Origin: Gammaproteobacteria bacterium | GTDB lineage: Bacteria; Pseudomonadota; Gammaproteobacteria; CAJXQU01 | Reading direction: 5' to 3' | Length of the DNA stretch: 64,000 nucleotides | Assembly (NCBI GenBank): GCA_965238175.1 | Contig: CBDEGZ010000003.1 | Location: 3,200,001 to 3,264,000, forward strand | Shown here: piece after piece, positions 8,474-20,449 of the stretch | Numbering within the stretch: position 1 is the stretch's first letter | Layout: every line of letters begins with the position of its first letter | The notes under the pieces: model-generated | Told to the model about the DNA's origin: nothing | Databases searched by the model: none | The model's input: the letters and a program-made list of their open reading frames with translations, nothing else | Position numbers and translations under genes: made by a program

Positions 8474-11196
8474 TGCTTGAATTTCTTGCCGGAACCGCAA
8501 GGGCAAGGCTCATTACGACCAACCTTTCGATCTGGCCTTGTAAAGGGTGTCTGTCTAACTTGTTGATTCTGGCTTTTCGGATCTGTCGCCAATGTTTCTT
8601 CATCGACTAATTGATTCTCAGCTTCCTGATGTTGATACTGAACTACAGCTGCTTCAGCTTCTTGTTGACGTTGCTGCTCCATTGCCTCGACATCTTCTTC
8701 AGCACGCACCTGAACGTGTGACAACATTTTGATCACTTCTCGCTTGATGTTGTCGAGCAACTCTGTAAACATATCAAAAGATTCACGTTTGTACTCTTGC
8801 TTCGGGTTTTTCTGCGCCATCGCACGTAAGTTGATACTCTGTCGTAGATAATCCATTGCTGACAGATGCTCTTTCCAATGATTATCCAGTACTTGTAGCA
8901 TCAATGCTTTTTCAAAATGTCGCAGTGTCTCTGGCCCAGCATCAGCCTCTTTCTGTTGATATGCATTGCTATGTTCTTGCAGAATTTTTTCTCGCAGGGT
9001 TTCTTCATGTAGAGATTCATCTTTATCCAAAAGTTGTTGTATCGGGAGCTGTAGAGCCAACTCATCTTCAACCGCTTTTGTGAGTCCCTCAATATCCCAG
9101 GTTTCATCGATACTTTGCGGTGTGATATGTTCATCAATAATTTCATTAATGACATCGTGACGTATACCCTCAATATTCTCAGAAATATCATCAACATCCA
9201 TCAGCTCATTTCGTTGTTCATAAATGACCTTACGTTGATCGTTTGCCACGTCATCATAATCCAGTAATTGCTTACGGGTATCAAAGTTACGGCCTTCCAC
9301 CTTACGTTGTGCATTTTCGATTGCACGAGAAACCCACGGATGTTCGATCGCCTCTCCTTCCTCCATACCCATTTTTTGCATTAGACCTGAAACACGTTCC
9401 GAAGCAAAAATACGCATAAGATTATCTTCCAACGATAGGAAGAAACGACTCGAACCTGGATCCCCCTGTCGACCAGATCGACCACGTAATTGATTATCTA
9501 TGCGTCGAGACTCATGTCGCTCTGTTCCAATGATATGCACACCACCCGAATCAAGAACTGCCTGATGTCGCAACTTCCATTCTTCATTAATTTGATCAGC
9601 TTGACCTTCTGACTCACGTTCTTCCAATTCTGAATCAAGGTTTCCACCCAAGACTATATCGGTACCACGACCAGCCATATTAGTTGCAATTGTGATACTG
9701 CCAGGGCGCCCTGCTTGAGCGACAATTTGTGCTTCTTTTTCATGGAATTTAGCGTTTAAAACACTATGTTCAATTTCTGCTTTGTTAAGCAAATCTGATA
9801 AATATTCTGAGGTCTCAATGGAAGCTGTACCAACTAAAACGGGTTGTTTTCGCTCAGTGCAATCTTTGATGTCATCTATGATTGCATCAAATTTTTCTTT
9901 TTGTGTGAGGTAAACCAGATCACCTTTGTCGTCCCGTAACATCGGTTTATTGGTAGGAATGACAATAACTTCCAATCCATAAATTTGTTGAAATTCAAAA
10001 GCTTCTGTATCAGCAGTCCCTGTCATACCTGAGAGCTTGTTATACAAACGGAAGTAATTCTGAAATGTGATCGAGGCTAATGTCTGGTTTTCATTTTGAA
10101 TAGAAACACCTTCTTTCGCTTCTACCGCCTGGTGCAAGCCTTCAGACCATCGACGTCCTGGCATTGTTCGACCAGTAAACTCATCGACAATCACAATTTG
10201 ATCATTTTGCACGATATATTCGACATCTTTTTGGAATAAAGTATGTGCCCTTAATCCCGCATTAATGTGGTGCATGAGTCCAATATTTGCAGCCTCATAG
10301 AGACTTTGATCTTCCGCAAGCAAACCCGCTTCTACCAACAAACCCTCTACCGTTTCATGTCCTTGCTCGGTCAAATAAACCTGCTTCGCTTTTTCATCCA
10401 GCGAGAAATCGCCAGGCCCATCCTCTTCTTCTTGTTTGGTTAGTTGTGGAATTAATTTATCGATACTTTGATAGACATCGGTCTTATCGTTGGTTGGTCC
10501 AGAAATGATTAATGGCGTTCGAGCTTCGTCGATCAATATAGAATCGACCTCATCGATCACCGCAAAATTAAGTCCTCGTTGCACCCGATCTTCCGCGGAA
10601 AAAGCCATGTTATCGCGAAGATAATCAAAACCAAATTCATTATTAGTCCCATAGGTTATATCTGCAGCATAAGCCGCTTTACGCTCTTCTTTGTCAATAT
10701 TCGCGACAATAACACCGGTACTTAACCCTAGAAACTCATATAGTTTTGACATCCACTCGGCATCACGCCGGGCTAGATAATCATTGACGGTGATGACATG
10801 GACACCTTCTCCTGACAATGCGTTTAGATAAGTGGCTAACGTTGCAACCAGTGTTTTGCCCTCACCAGTGCGCATTTCAGCGATCTTCCCATCATTCAAC
10901 ACCATCCCACCAATCATCTGACAGTCAAAATGGCGCATACCCAAAGCACGTTTACCGGCTTCACGAACAACGGAGAAAGCTTCTGGCATCAATGATTCAA
11001 GCGATTCTCCTTGTTCGAGACGAGTACGAAATTCCTGAGTCTTGCTTTTTAAATCTGTGTCACTTAAGGCTGAAATATCATCTTCAAAAACATTGATCTT
11101 TGTGACAACACGATTCAACTTTTTTAGAACTCGGTTATTACGACTACCGAAAATGCGACCCATTAGGCCACCGAATGAAGGACGGTTATTTGACAT
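8452..11196 (-). CDS. secA: Preprotein translocase subunit SecA
   Basis: [48 protein letters not shown]-terminal SEC-C motif. Confidence 0.99.
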   Translation of the reverse strand: MSNNRPSFGGLMGRIFGSRNNRVLKKLNRVVTKINVFEDDISALSDTDLKSKTQEFRTRLEQGESLESLMPEAFSVVREAGKRALGMRHFDCQMIGGMVLNDGKIAEMRTGEGKTLVATLATYLNALSGEGVHVITVNDYLARRDAEWMSKLYEFLGLSTGVIVANIDKEERKAAYAADITYGTNNEFGFDYLRDNMAFSAEDRVQRGLNFAVIDEVDSILIDEARTPLIISGPTNDKTDVYQSIDKLIPQLTKQEEEDGPGDFSLDEKAKQVYLTEQGHETVEGLLVEAGLLAEDQSLYEAANIGLMHHINAGLRAHTLFQKDVEYIVQNDQIVIVDEFTGRTMPGRRWSEGLHQAVEAKEGVSIQNENQTLASITFQNYFRLYNKLSGMTGTADTEAFEFQQIYGLEVIVIPTNKPMLRDDKGDLVYLTQKEKFDAIIDDIKDCTERKQPVLVGTASIETSEYLSDLLNKAEIEHSVLNAKFHEKEAQIVAQAGRPGSITIATNMAGRGTDIVLGGNLDSELEERESEGQADQINEEWKLRHQAVLDSGGVHIIGTERHESRRIDNQLRGRSGRQGDPGSSRFFLSLEDNLMRIFASERVSGLMQKMGMEEGEAIEHPWVSRAIENAQRKVEGRNFDTRKQLLDYDDVANDQRKVIYEQRNELMDVDDISENIEGIRHDVINEIIDEHITPQSIDETWDIEGLTKAVEDELALQLPIQQLLDKDESLHEETLREKILQEHSNAYQQKEADAGPETLRHFEKALMLQVLDNHWKEHLSAMDYLRQSINLRAMAQKNPKQEYKRESFDMFTELLDNIKREVIKMLSHVQVRAEEDVEAMEQQRQQEAEAAVVQYQHQEAENQLVDEETLATDPKSQNQQVRQTPFTRPDRKVGRNEPCPCGSGKKFKQCHGKVS

Positions 11197-11308
11197 CTGC
11201 TTTTGGTTTAAATCCTAATGGTAGGGGTTTAAAAAAATTTAATATTTATAGATTACTATATATACACAGCCTGGCCAATTTTCAACCCCATTTAGATCAA
11301 TCGTTGGA

Positions 11309-12256
11309 TTATCCCTGCGGTTTTAGATAGGGTCTTGGATTAACTAGCTTCCCATTATGTTCAACTTCAAAGTGTACATGAGTTCCTGTTGAACGTCCTG
11401 TAGAGCCCATTAATGCAATCGTACGACCTTTTTTCACTTTATCTCCAATTGAGACTATATTCTCTTTATTGTGTGCATATCGGGTTATATAACCATGACC
11501 GTGATCAATTTCGACGACATTTCCAAAACCTGTTTGATTACCAGACCACGTCACCACTCCATCAGCAACTGCATAAATATGCGTACCTTCCTGTCCTGCA
11601 AAATCAAGGCCAAGATGTAAGTCGTGTTTCCCAGAAAGTGGATCGGTACGTTCTCCAAATCCAGATGATATCCACCCATCTGTAACAGGTTTACCGGAAG
11701 GTACTGAGGCATTACCGAGTTGATCAAAAAGCATAAATGATTCAAGCATGCTGAGTTTATATTTATGGACATCAACTTTGTCTGACAAGTCTTCTAATGA
11801 TTGAATAAAATCTGGGACACTAAATTCTTGCTGATTAACCGGATCTAAAATACCACCAATTGCAGGCGCTTGTTCATAGTTAAATTCCTCAGTTGTAACA
11901 CCGGCAAGTGAGGTCAAACGTATGCTTGCAGCTTCTAGTCTAGTAACTTTTGCCTGAATACCGCCTAACCTCATCGCTAGTGCATTTAAATTTTCTTGTG
12001 CCTCATATACCGCAGTATTGATCTGTAATTTTTGCACATCCACTTCTTCATTAAGGGTAAGAGATTGACTAATAAAAAGCTGCTCTTGGGCTAAGGTTTT
12101 TAGTTCAAGTTCTTGTTCTATACCCTGTATCCCAAGATAATAACCAACGTAACCAGCCGTTCCAATTAGACACCCAATGGCCAATGAAAGTATTGCCCAA
12201 CCAGCTTTTAGTTGTGATAGTCGCCCGTTTGTACTATCTGTGATCAAAATCTGCAT
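11309..12256 (-). CDS. M23 (LytM) family metallopeptidase with N-terminal membrane anchor and coiled coil
   Basis: HLGLDF (HxxxD), YAH, GRSTGTHVHFEV (HxH); typical position upstream of secA. Confidence 0.93.
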   Translation of the reverse strand: MQILITDSTNGRLSQLKAGWAILSLAIGCLIGTAGYVGYYLGIQGIEQELELKTLAQEQLFISQSLTLNEEVDVQKLQINTAVYEAQENLNALAMRLGGIQAKVTRLEAASIRLTSLAGVTTEEFNYEQAPAIGGILDPVNQQEFSVPDFIQSLEDLSDKVDVHKYKLSMLESFMLFDQLGNASVPSGKPVTDGWISSGFGERTDPLSGKHDLHLGLDFAGQEGTHIYAVADGVVTWSGNQTGFGNVVEIDHGHGYITRYAHNKENIVSIGDKVKKGRTIALMGSTGRSTGTHVHFEVEHNGKLVNPRPYLKPQG

Positions 12257-12292
12257 TATTTTTTCCAGCTATGTCAAAATAGTTGCACCGTT

Positions 12293-12745
12293 ATGTACAA
12301 GACCCATAATAAAAAACTCACATCAATCATTCAGCATCAAAGCCTGAAGCCCTTAATTGATAAAGCAAAAAAAATCGAAACCGCTAACTACCATTTAAAA
12401 CGTTTCCTGCCTTCCCCTCTGTCTGAACATGTTATTGTTAGCAACATTAAAGACAATATATTGATTTTGCAGGCAAATTCACCTGCTTGGTCAACACGCA
12501 CTAATTTCATCGCAACAGAGATCGTTAATTATATGCGAAATATAATGGATTTGGCGATGATTGAAAAACTAAAAGTAAAAGTTGTACCTGCAAGATCAAA
12601 AACCGAACTTCCAAAGAGAAGCATTCAACCGTTGTCTAAGGACACATCAAAATTGCTTAATTTGGTTGCTGCAGGAATAAAAAACAACGATCTTTCTGAA
12701 GCATTAAAGAAATTGTCGCAGCATCAAAATACTACAGACGACTGA
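12293..12745 (+). CDS. dciA: DciA/DUF721 family helicase loader
   Basis: LQANSPAWSTR motif; lies between lpxC and the M23/secA genes on the opposite strand. Confidence 0.8.
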   Translation: MYKTHNKKLTSIIQHQSLKPLIDKAKKIETANYHLKRFLPSPLSEHVIVSNIKDNILILQANSPAWSTRTNFIATEIVNYMRNIMDLAMIEKLKVKVVPARSKTELPKRSIQPLSKDTSKLLNLVAAGIKNNDLSEALKKLSQHQNTTDD

Positions 12746-12752
12746 TTATTAA

Positions 12753-13664
12753 TTAACCAGCAGGAACGGATTGTAAAAACGAGATTGGGCTCTCCTCTTT
12801 TTCCGTAAATGAAACCAGTTCCCATGCATCTTCATTTGCTAACAAAGCCCTTAGCAATTTGTTATTAAGTGCATGGCCAGACTTATTTCCTTCAAATGTG
12901 CCGATTAAGCTATGACCTAACAAGTACAGATCACCAATTGCATCAAGTATCTTATGTTTAACGAACTCATCATCATAACGTAGACCGTCTTCATTTAAGA
13001 CTCGGTAATCATCGACGACCACGGCATTATTCAAACTACCACCTAAGACCAGGTTTTTTTCACGCAATGCTTCTGTGTCTTTTAAGAAACCAAATGTTCT
13101 AGCTCGGCTAACTTCTTTAACAAACGAAGTCGATGAGAAATCGATAGAAGCAAACTTACTGCTTTCTTCAAAAAAAGGATGATCAAACTCTATAGCAAAG
13201 GAAACTTTGAAACCTTCAAAGGGGGTGAATTTAGCCCACTTATTATCACTTTCGACCATGATTGGTTTTTTGATCCGAATAAACTCTTTCGCCGCATTTT
13301 GTTCTTGGATACCTGCAGACTGGATCAAAAATACAAAAGGTCCTGCACTACCATCCATAATCGGAACTTCGGGTGCACTCACATCAACATATGCGTTATC
13401 GATACCTAATCCAGCAAATGCTGATAATAAATGTTCGACCGTTGAAATAGTGACTTCACCTTTTGCAAGGCTGGTAGACATCAGTGTATCACCGACATTT
13501 TCGGCATGAGCAGAAATTTCAACGACCGGATCTAAATCGACTCTACGAAAAATGATTCCTGTATTAGCTTCTGCTGGACGTAGTTTTAGATAGACTTTCT
13601 TACCGGTGTGGAGCCCTACTCCTGTAGCACGTATAGCATTTTTTAGAGTACATTGACGGATCAT
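12753..13664 (-). CDS. lpxC: UDP-3-O-acyl-GlcNAc deacetylase
   Basis: [40 protein letters not shown]. Confidence 0.98.
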   Translation of the reverse strand: MIRQCTLKNAIRATGVGLHTGKKVYLKLRPAEANTGIIFRRVDLDPVVEISAHAENVGDTLMSTSLAKGEVTISTVEHLLSAFAGLGIDNAYVDVSAPEVPIMDGSAGPFVFLIQSAGIQEQNAAKEFIRIKKPIMVESDNKWAKFTPFEGFKVSFAIEFDHPFFEESSKFASIDFSSTSFVKEVSRARTFGFLKDTEALREKNLVLGGSLNNAVVVDDYRVLNEDGLRYDDEFVKHKILDAIGDLYLLGHSLIGTFEGNKSGHALNNKLLRALLANEDAWELVSFTEKEESPISFLQSVPAG

Positions 13665-13732
13665 AGAAACACCTGAAACAATTCCTTAATAACTGCCATT
13701 TTATTGACTATTTTTCACATTCTATTTTGGGA

Positions 13733-13760
13733 ATGATACCACAGACGCCAAGTTCGACAA
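13733..13760 (-). promoter_or_regulatory. Putative lpxC promoter
   Basis: Minus strand TTGTCG-N16-TATCAT with extended -10 TGG. Confidence 0.35.
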
Positions 13761-13767
13761 GTGAACC

Positions 13768-13797
13768 CATTTTAAACTCATCCTTGAGTTTAAAATG
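13768..13797. other. Perfect 13-bp AT-rich inverted repeat between ftsZ and lpxC
   Basis: CATTTTAAACTCA-TCCT-TGAGTTTAAAATG. Confidence 0.6.
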
Positions 13798-13827
13798 AAA
13801 TGCGATTGTTCAAACTTTAATTTGCTA

Positions 13828-14973
13828 TCAGTCAGCTTGTCTTCTCAGAAATGCAGGAATATCCAGATAATCTGAATCTCGAGTTGAATCAACTTCTTGC
13901 TCAGCATTTACTCCATTACGGATGATAGTAGGCCGATCAAGTTTACCCCAATCAACAACTTCTGTTGATCGAGGACTAGTATCAACTATAGACAACGGCT
14001 CTGATTTTCCTGATTCAACAACACCAAGACCTGTCGCAACCATCGTTACCCGAACCTCATCAGTCATATCCGCCTCAATGACGGTTCCAACAACAACAGT
14101 GGCGCTGTCTGCAGCAAACTGTTTGATAGTGTTACCCACTTCCTCAAACTCACCCATACTCAAATCCATTCCAGAAGTAATATTCACCAGAATTCCTCTT
14201 GCACCTGCTAAATTTACATCTTCCAACAATGGACTGGCAACAGCTGCTTCTGCCGCAATCCTTGCTCGGTTTTCACCTTTCCCTGTTCCAGTGCCCATCA
14301 TTGCCATTCCCATTTCTGACATAACGGTGCGCACATCTGCGAAATCTACATTTATGAGTCCTGGGCGAATAATAAGTTCCGAAATACCTTGAACTGCACC
14401 TAGCAAAACATCATTAGCTGCCTTAAATGCATTCAACAAACTGATATCTCGACCGAGTACACTCAATAATTTTTCATTAGGTATTGTGATCAAAGAGTCT
14501 ACATATTGACGAAGATCACTGATCCCATCGTTGGCTATTTCCGATCGTTTTTTGCCTTCAAATGGAAATGGTCGAGTCACAACAGCAACCGTTAAAATCC
14601 CCATTTCTTTGGCCACTTGTGCCACCACTGGTGCTGCACCAGTTCCAGTGCCACCCCCCATACCTGCGGTAATAAAGACCATGTCAGCTCCATCTAACAC
14701 ATCCATAATCCGATCTCGATCTTCAAGCGCAGCTTGTCGACCAATCTCAGGATTGGCGCCAGCACCAAGACCTTTTGTTACTTCTGTTCCCATTTGCAGA
14801 GTCGTTTTAGCCGTAGAATGACCTAATGCCTGTGCATCAGTATTTGCACACAGGAAATCTACTCCCTCCAAATTTGCACTAACCATGTGTTCAACAGCAT
14901 TACCGCCACCGCCACCAACACCAATCACTTTAATTACAGCACTTTGACTGAATGAATCCATTAATTCGAACAT
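13828..14973 (-). CDS. ftsZ: Cell division protein FtsZ
   Basis: GGGTGTG signature and C-terminal DIPAFLRRQAD; ATG 14973 has a GGAGG RBS. Confidence 0.99.
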   Translation of the reverse strand: MFELMDSFSQSAVIKVIGVGGGGGNAVEHMVSANLEGVDFLCANTDAQALGHSTAKTTLQMGTEVTKGLGAGANPEIGRQAALEDRDRIMDVLDGADMVFITAGMGGGTGTGAAPVVAQVAKEMGILTVAVVTRPFPFEGKKRSEIANDGISDLRQYVDSLITIPNEKLLSVLGRDISLLNAFKAANDVLLGAVQGISELIIRPGLINVDFADVRTVMSEMGMAMMGTGTGKGENRARIAAEAAVASPLLEDVNLAGARGILVNITSGMDLSMGEFEEVGNTIKQFAADSATVVVGTVIEADMTDEVRVTMVATGLGVVESGKSEPLSIVDTSPRSTEVVDWGKLDRPTIIRNGVNAEQEVDSTRDSDYLDIPAFLRRQAD

Positions 14974-15045
14974 CGCTTTTATCCTCCGTTTTACCCTTGG
15001 TTTATCTATATACAATTTATATATTTATATTTCATACAACTGATC

Positions 15046-16269
15046 TCAAAAGTTACCTTGAAACCAACTCTTCATTTTTTTCCACATACTTCCACTACCC
15101 GATTCTGAGGCCGTACTTCTCTTGGAATAAGTGCTCCCAAAAAGCAATAAACCCACACCTGTGGCAAAAATCGGATTACTCACTACATCTACAAGTCCTG
15201 TTACTCCCTTAGGAACACCTGACCTCACTGGCATATGAAAAACTTCTTCAGCCAAGTCAATCGCCCCTTCCATTTTTGAACTGCCGCCCGTCAATACCAC
15301 GCCTGCTGCCATCAGCTCTTCAAAGCCACTTTTTTTCAATTCAGAATGAATAAAGATAAAAAGTTCTTCATACCTTGGTTCAACCACTTCAGCTAAAGTC
15401 TGACGCGCCAATCTTCTTGAAACTCGTTCACCAACTCCTTGAACCTCAATGGTTTCATCGGGGTTAGCGAGTTGTGTTAATGCGCATGCATATTTAATTT
15501 TGATCTCTTCTGCATGCTGCGTCGGTGTACGTAGTGCTACTGCAATATCATTAGTCACCTGATCACCAGCAATTGGGATCACGGCTGTATGTTGAATGGC
15601 ACCATTTAAAAAAACAGCAATATCTGTTGTTCCACCACCGATATCAACTAAACACACACCCAGTTCTTTTTCATCTTCGGTTAAAACCGCATAACTGGAT
15701 GCCAATTGCTGCAAGATAATATCGTCAACGTCTAAACCACATCGTCGTATACATTTCTCAATATTTTGTGCCGCGCTAACCGCACCCGTGACCATATGAA
15801 CTTTCGCTTCAAGACGCACACCGGACATTCCGATCGGTTCACGAATATCCTCTTGTTTATCGATAATGAATTCCTGTGGTAATACGTGAACTATTTTTTG
15901 ATCCGATGGAATCGCAACAGCACGAGCAGCATCTAGCACACGATCAATATCACCTTGAACGACTTCACTATCTTTAATTGCAACAATACCGTGTGAATTC
16001 AGACTGCTAATATGGCTTCCCGCAATGCCGGTAAAAACAGATCTAATTTCGCAACCGGCCATTAATTCAGCCTCTTGAATTGCACGTTGAATCGATTGAA
16101 CCGTTGATTCAATATTGACCACCACCCCTTTTTTTAAACCTCTAGATGCATGCGAACCAATACCGATAACCTCGATTTCGCCAGCCTCATCAACCTCACC
16201 AACAATCGCCACGACCTTAGAAGTCCCAATATCCAAACCTACGATCAATTTCTTATCCACTTTTTTCAT
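15046..16269 (-). CDS. ftsA: Cell division protein FtsA
   Basis: GLDIGTSKV, DIGGGTTD, GVVLTGG, C-terminal amphipathic WKKMKSWFQGNF. Confidence 0.98.
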   Translation of the reverse strand: MKKVDKKLIVGLDIGTSKVVAIVGEVDEAGEIEVIGIGSHASRGLKKGVVVNIESTVQSIQRAIQEAELMAGCEIRSVFTGIAGSHISSLNSHGIVAIKDSEVVQGDIDRVLDAARAVAIPSDQKIVHVLPQEFIIDKQEDIREPIGMSGVRLEAKVHMVTGAVSAAQNIEKCIRRCGLDVDDIILQQLASSYAVLTEDEKELGVCLVDIGGGTTDIAVFLNGAIQHTAVIPIAGDQVTNDIAVALRTPTQHAEEIKIKYACALTQLANPDETIEVQGVGERVSRRLARQTLAEVVEPRYEELFIFIHSELKKSGFEELMAAGVVLTGGSSKMEGAIDLAEEVFHMPVRSGVPKGVTGLVDVVSNPIFATGVGLLLFGSTYSKRSTASESGSGSMWKKMKSWFQGNF

Positions 16270-16274
16270 CACCT

Positions 16275-17144
16275 TCAAGTCCCTCTCGAGTCCTTCTTAC
16301 TCACTGTGCCGGTCAATTTTTCTGTACTCTCCTCAACATCGTTTTCATCATGTACTCGCACGGTAAAACCATTGGTATATCTAAGATCAATTTGGGCGAT
16401 GTTTTCTATGTCTTTTCCAAACGACTTTTCAACACTCTTTACATATTTCCATAAGCGTTTATCTACTTCTTTTCGGCCAACAATCACCATAGGACCCTGT
16501 TTAATTTCGAAGCTCCAACCACGCCTTTCATTCAACTCTAACCAGGCAACATTTCTGTTTTTAGGACTAAGTAATCCCATCAATACCTTGTATTTCTCAA
16601 ACACCAATTGTTCTGTTCCTGCTGGTCCATTTAACCTAATTAAACCCTCTGGTTTACTGATATCTTCTGGTTCAAATAATTCACCTTTATGATTCAAGAA
16701 CCCAGTTGTTCTCCATCGAACAACTGCCGTTTGTTCTTTGATTTTCACGTATAAAGTCTCAGGCCATAATTTTCTAACGGTCACTTCTCTTACCCAAGGA
16801 GCACTTAAAACTGCACTTCTTATCTGATCTATATCTAAGGAAAAAAAACCTCCTTTCACATTCTCTGCTACTACGCGCTGTAAATTTTCTGTTGCTAAAT
16901 AGCGAAAATCTCCTTCAACTTTTACCGCTTTTATCGGTAACGTTCTTGGATCAGCCATTTTCCCAGCCACCCATGTGACTAATACAAAACAAGTGAAAAT
17001 TGCAAAGAAACCTAAAAAGGTCAAACCACCGCGTACCACTTGTCGATTGGTCTTTTCAGGATCACTTGTGATCACCCGGCGATTTTGTTTTTTCCGACCT
17101 TTAACCAATCTATTCTTCTTTGGTTTTGTGTATATGCGACTCAT
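16275..17144 (-). CDS. ftsQ: Cell division protein FtsQ
   Basis: Single TM, POTRA PWVREVTVRKLWPE, IDLRYTNGFTV. Confidence 0.93.
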   Translation of the reverse strand: MSRIYTKPKKNRLVKGRKKQNRRVITSDPEKTNRQVVRGGLTFLGFFAIFTCFVLVTWVAGKMADPRTLPIKAVKVEGDFRYLATENLQRVVAENVKGGFFSLDIDQIRSAVLSAPWVREVTVRKLWPETLYVKIKEQTAVVRWRTTGFLNHKGELFEPEDISKPEGLIRLNGPAGTEQLVFEKYKVLMGLLSPKNRNVAWLELNERRGWSFEIKQGPMVIVGRKEVDKRLWKYVKSVEKSFGKDIENIAQIDLRYTNGFTVRVHDENDVEESTEKLTGTVSKKDSRGT

Positions 17145-18070
17145 AAAAAACTCGTCTCTAGAATTTTGATGACTAATTGATCAAATTCGATACCTTGTTG
17201 CTTTGCAGCCATCGGCACTAAAGAATGACTTGTCATTCCAGGAACAGTATTCACCTCAATAAAAAATGGCTCACCCAATTCATTTAGCATCAAATCAACG
17301 CGTCCCCAACCCAAACAAGCTACGGCTCCAAAAGCATGTAATGCAATGTTTTGAATTTCTGCTTCAGTCTCTACGCTTAATCCACAAGGACAAATATATT
17401 GAGTTGTGTCTTCTTCATACTTAGCTTGAAAATCATAGAACTCGCGTGGCGTTTCTAATTTGATCACAGGTAAAGCAACACCCTGTAAAATTCCAACCGT
17501 ATATTCACCACCTGTAATCCACTGCTCAATCAAAACACTGTCATCAAACTTTGATGCTTGTTCCCAGGCAGGTAATAATTGATCAAGTTTTTCAACCTTA
17601 CTTGCACCAAAACTCGAACCTTCTCTTGCAGGTTTAACCATCAACGGCAGACCTAATTTTTTGATCACATCTTTTGCATCTGGTTGTTGAACTGGTACAA
17701 GAAATTCAGGCGTTGGTATTCCTAAACCTGCCCACACTCGTTTTGTCCTTTCCTTATCCATTGCCAATGCAGAGCCTAAAATACCGCTGCCGGTATACGG
17801 CAACTCAAGCGTTTCTAGTACCGCTTGAATCACACCATCTTCACCACCACGACCATGTAGGACGTTAAAGATCCGATCAAATTTTTTCTGTTCAAACTCC
17901 CGTGGTATTCCACCTTTCCAATCAATACCTTCGGCATCAACACCCGCTCTTAATAATGCGGCCAGAACTGCTTGACCACTTTCCAGTGAGATTCCACGCT
18001 CAGCAGCAGTTCCTCCCATTAGCACAGCTACTTTTCCAAATGAGTTAATTGTCTCTAGCACTTTAGACAT
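17141..18070 (-). CDS. ddlB: D-alanine--D-alanine ligase
   Basis: GGTAAERGISLESG, LHGRGGEDG, EGSSFG, EVNTVPGMT; ATG 18070 chosen. Confidence 0.97.
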   Translation of the reverse strand: MSKVLETINSFGKVAVLMGGTAAERGISLESGQAVLAALLRAGVDAEGIDWKGGIPREFEQKKFDRIFNVLHGRGGEDGVIQAVLETLELPYTGSGILGSALAMDKERTKRVWAGLGIPTPEFLVPVQQPDAKDVIKKLGLPLMVKPAREGSSFGASKVEKLDQLLPAWEQASKFDDSVLIEQWITGGEYTVGILQGVALPVIKLETPREFYDFQAKYEEDTTQYICPCGLSVETEAEIQNIALHAFGAVACLGWGRVDLMLNELGEPFFIEVNTVPGMTSHSLVPMAAKQQGIEFDQLVIKILETSFL

Positions 18071-19001
18071 CACCCAGACCATCACCAATAATCCTTACTT
18101 CTGACTCTAATGTGACACCTTGTTTTTTCTTTACTTCTCCGGCGACCAACAGAATCAAATTTTCAATATCTGCAGCGCTTGAATTACCTAAATTAATAAT
18201 AAAGTTTGCATGCTTTTTTGAAACTTGTGCGCCTCCAAGTTGATAACCTTTTAAACCACATGCTTCGATCAATCTCGCCGCATAATCACCTTGTGGATTA
18301 CGGAAAACAGAACCACAACTTGATACTCCAGTCGGTTGAGTTTCTGATCTTTTTATCAACAACTTTTTAATTCTATTTGCGCCTTCTTCAATCTCGTTAT
18401 ATTTGTTGTTATTAGCATTCAAACTAAAGTGTGCAGCAACAAACCATTCATCGAGCAATCCATCCATCGGGCCAATCACCGATCGATAACCAATCAAATA
18501 TTGATCAGTACCTCTAACATGAAATTGTCCCTCTCGATCTAATGTTTCAACTTGTTGCACATTTGGCCATGTTTCACCTCCAAAGGCACCCGCATTCATC
18601 GCAAGCGCTCCGCCGATTGTTCCAGGGATCCCTGCTAAAAATTCAAGCCCTGAAAAACCCTTTTTTACACATCGTTTTGCAACAATCGCACATGGCAAAC
18701 CGGCTTCAACTCGAAGTGTGTTGTCATCCAAATACTCAAATCCATTAAGCAAACCTGTAGGGCAAATCACGCTCCCACGAATACCTTTATCTCTAACCAA
18801 CAAATTGCTACCTAAACCCACTAATGTGACCTGTTCTTTGTCTGGAAGCTGACGTAAATAATTCGCCATGTCTTCAATATCAGCAGGTTTATAATAATGA
18901 TCAGCCACACCACCCACACGCCAGGTAGTGTGCCTTGACATCGGCTCATCGAGCTTTAACGTTCCTCTTAATTCGGACGTCATATCCATCGCTGCCATCA
19001 C
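18063..19001 (-). CDS. murB: UDP-N-acetylenolpyruvoylglucosamine reductase
   Basis: HTTWRVGG, GLGSNLLV, GIPGTIGGALAMNAGAFG, GSVFRNP, KHANFIIN. Confidence 0.97.
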   Translation of the reverse strand: MMAAMDMTSELRGTLKLDEPMSRHTTWRVGGVADHYYKPADIEDMANYLRQLPDKEQVTLVGLGSNLLVRDKGIRGSVICPTGLLNGFEYLDDNTLRVEAGLPCAIVAKRCVKKGFSGLEFLAGIPGTIGGALAMNAGAFGGETWPNVQQVETLDREGQFHVRGTDQYLIGYRSVIGPMDGLLDEWFVAAHFSLNANNNKYNEIEEGANRIKKLLIKRSETQPTGVSSCGSVFRNPQGDYAARLIEACGLKGYQLGGAQVSKKHANFIINLGNSSAADIENLILLVAGEVKKKQGVTLESEVRIIGDGLGDV

Positions 19002-20449
19002 GCGGCTTCGCCCCCGTAACTTTCGATCAATTGTTCTGCCACGCGACCTATACTCCCTGCGCCCATCACCAACACGATGTCATCGTCTTCAATAAACCCA
19101 GGAATCACAGAAACAATCTCATCAGGTTGATCAACAAAGATTGGATCTACTTGTCCGCGTAATCTGATCGCACGGCTAAGTGCTTTACTGTCAGCATCCT
19201 TGATCAATTTTTCACCGGCAGAATAAATATCCAGCAAGATCAATACATCTACCTTTGAAAGAATTTGAACAAAATCTTCAAACAAATCACGTGTACGTGT
19301 ATATCGATGCGGTTGGAAAACCATCACTAAACGCCGTTCTGCCCAACCTTCACGGATTGCAGAAATGGTCGCGGCAATTTCACTTGGGTGATGACCATAA
19401 TCGTCAATTACCAATGCTTCATCATGATCAATCTGTATCGATCCGTGGATTTGGAACCGCCGTCCGATACCTTGAAAATTTTCTAAACCTCTGCAAATTG
19501 CTACTTCAGAAACACCCATTTCATATGCAACAGAAATTGCTGCCAATGAATTCAGTACGTTGTGAAGACCAGGCATATTTAATTTAACTGGAAACGTTTT
19601 ATCATTCTTTGGAAGCTTCACATCAAAACCACTGCTACCTTCAAAAAACTTAACATTACTCGCTCTTACATCCGCCTTTTCATCCGTTCCATATGTGAGA
19701 ACAGGTTTGGTTAAATCTGACAATAAATCTCGCGCCATAGGATCGTCATAACATATGACGGCCAAACCATAAAAAGGTAATCGAGCCATGAACTCTAAAA
19801 ATGCTTCACGTAGTTTTTCTACCTCACCACCGTAGGTTTCCATATGATCAAGATCGATGTTTGTTAACACCGCAATAACCGGCTGCAAATGTAAAAATGA
19901 CGCATCACTTTCATCTGCTTCCGCAACTAAATAACGACTATCACCAAGACGAGCATGAGTACCAGAACTATTCAAACGACCGCCGATTACGTACGTTGGA
20001 TCAAGATCACCCTCTGCGAGCAAACTAGCGACAAGACTTGTTGTGGTGGTCTTTCCATGCGTACCAGCAACAGCAATTCCATAGCGGAAGCGCATTAGTT
20101 CAGCCAACATTTCTGCGCGTGGGATCACTGGGATCCGATGCTCCCTTGCGTAAACAATTTCAGGGTTCAGGACATCAATTGCACTCGATATAACCACTGC
20201 ATCGCTTTGTCCAACATGAGTTTCATCATGACCAATAAATATATTAATCCCTAACTCTGCAAGTCGTTTCGTTACACGATTTTCTGTAATATCAGAACCT
20301 GAAATTTCGTATCCTAAGTTATGTAATACCTCAGCAATACCACTCATACCGACGCCACCAATGCCGACGAAATGAATATAATGCGCTCGCCCCATCCCCA
20401 TGCTCATACCTATACTTAACTCCATGGCGTCGACGCTATTTTTATCCAT
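18998..20449 (-). CDS. murC: UDP-N-acetylmuramate--L-alanine ligase
   Basis: HFVGIGGVGMSG, GTHGKTTTT, EADESD, DDYGHHPSEI; ATG 20449 has GGAGG. Confidence 0.98.
   Translation of the reverse strand: MDKNSVDAMELSIGMSMGMGRAHYIHFVGIGGVGMSGIAEVLHNLGYEISGSDITENRVTKRLAELGINIFIGHDETHVGQSDAVVISSAIDVLNPEIVYAREHRIPVIPRAEMLAELMRFRYGIAVAGTHGKTTTTSLVASLLAEGDLDPTYVIGGRLNSSGTHARLGDSRYLVAEADESDASFLHLQPVIAVLTNIDLDHMETYGGEVEKLREAFLEFMARLPFYGLAVICYDDPMARDLLSDLTKPVLTYGTDEKADVRASNVKFFEGSSGFDVKLPKNDKTFPVKLNMPGLHNVLNSLAAISVAYEMGVSEVAICRGLENFQGIGRRFQIHGSIQIDHDEALVIDDYGHHPSEIAATISAIREGWAERRLVMVFQPHRYTRTRDLFEDFVQILSKVDVLILLDIYSAGEKLIKDADSKALSRAIRLRGQVDPIFVDQPDEIVSVIPGFIEDDDIVLVMGAGSIGRVAEQLIESYGGEAA

Noticed and set aside
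16150-16692. 180-aa + strand ORF and similar antisense ORFs (13922-14392, 39866-40300, 59032-59475)
   Set aside because: Shadow frames opposite well-conserved genes, with no recognisable motifs.
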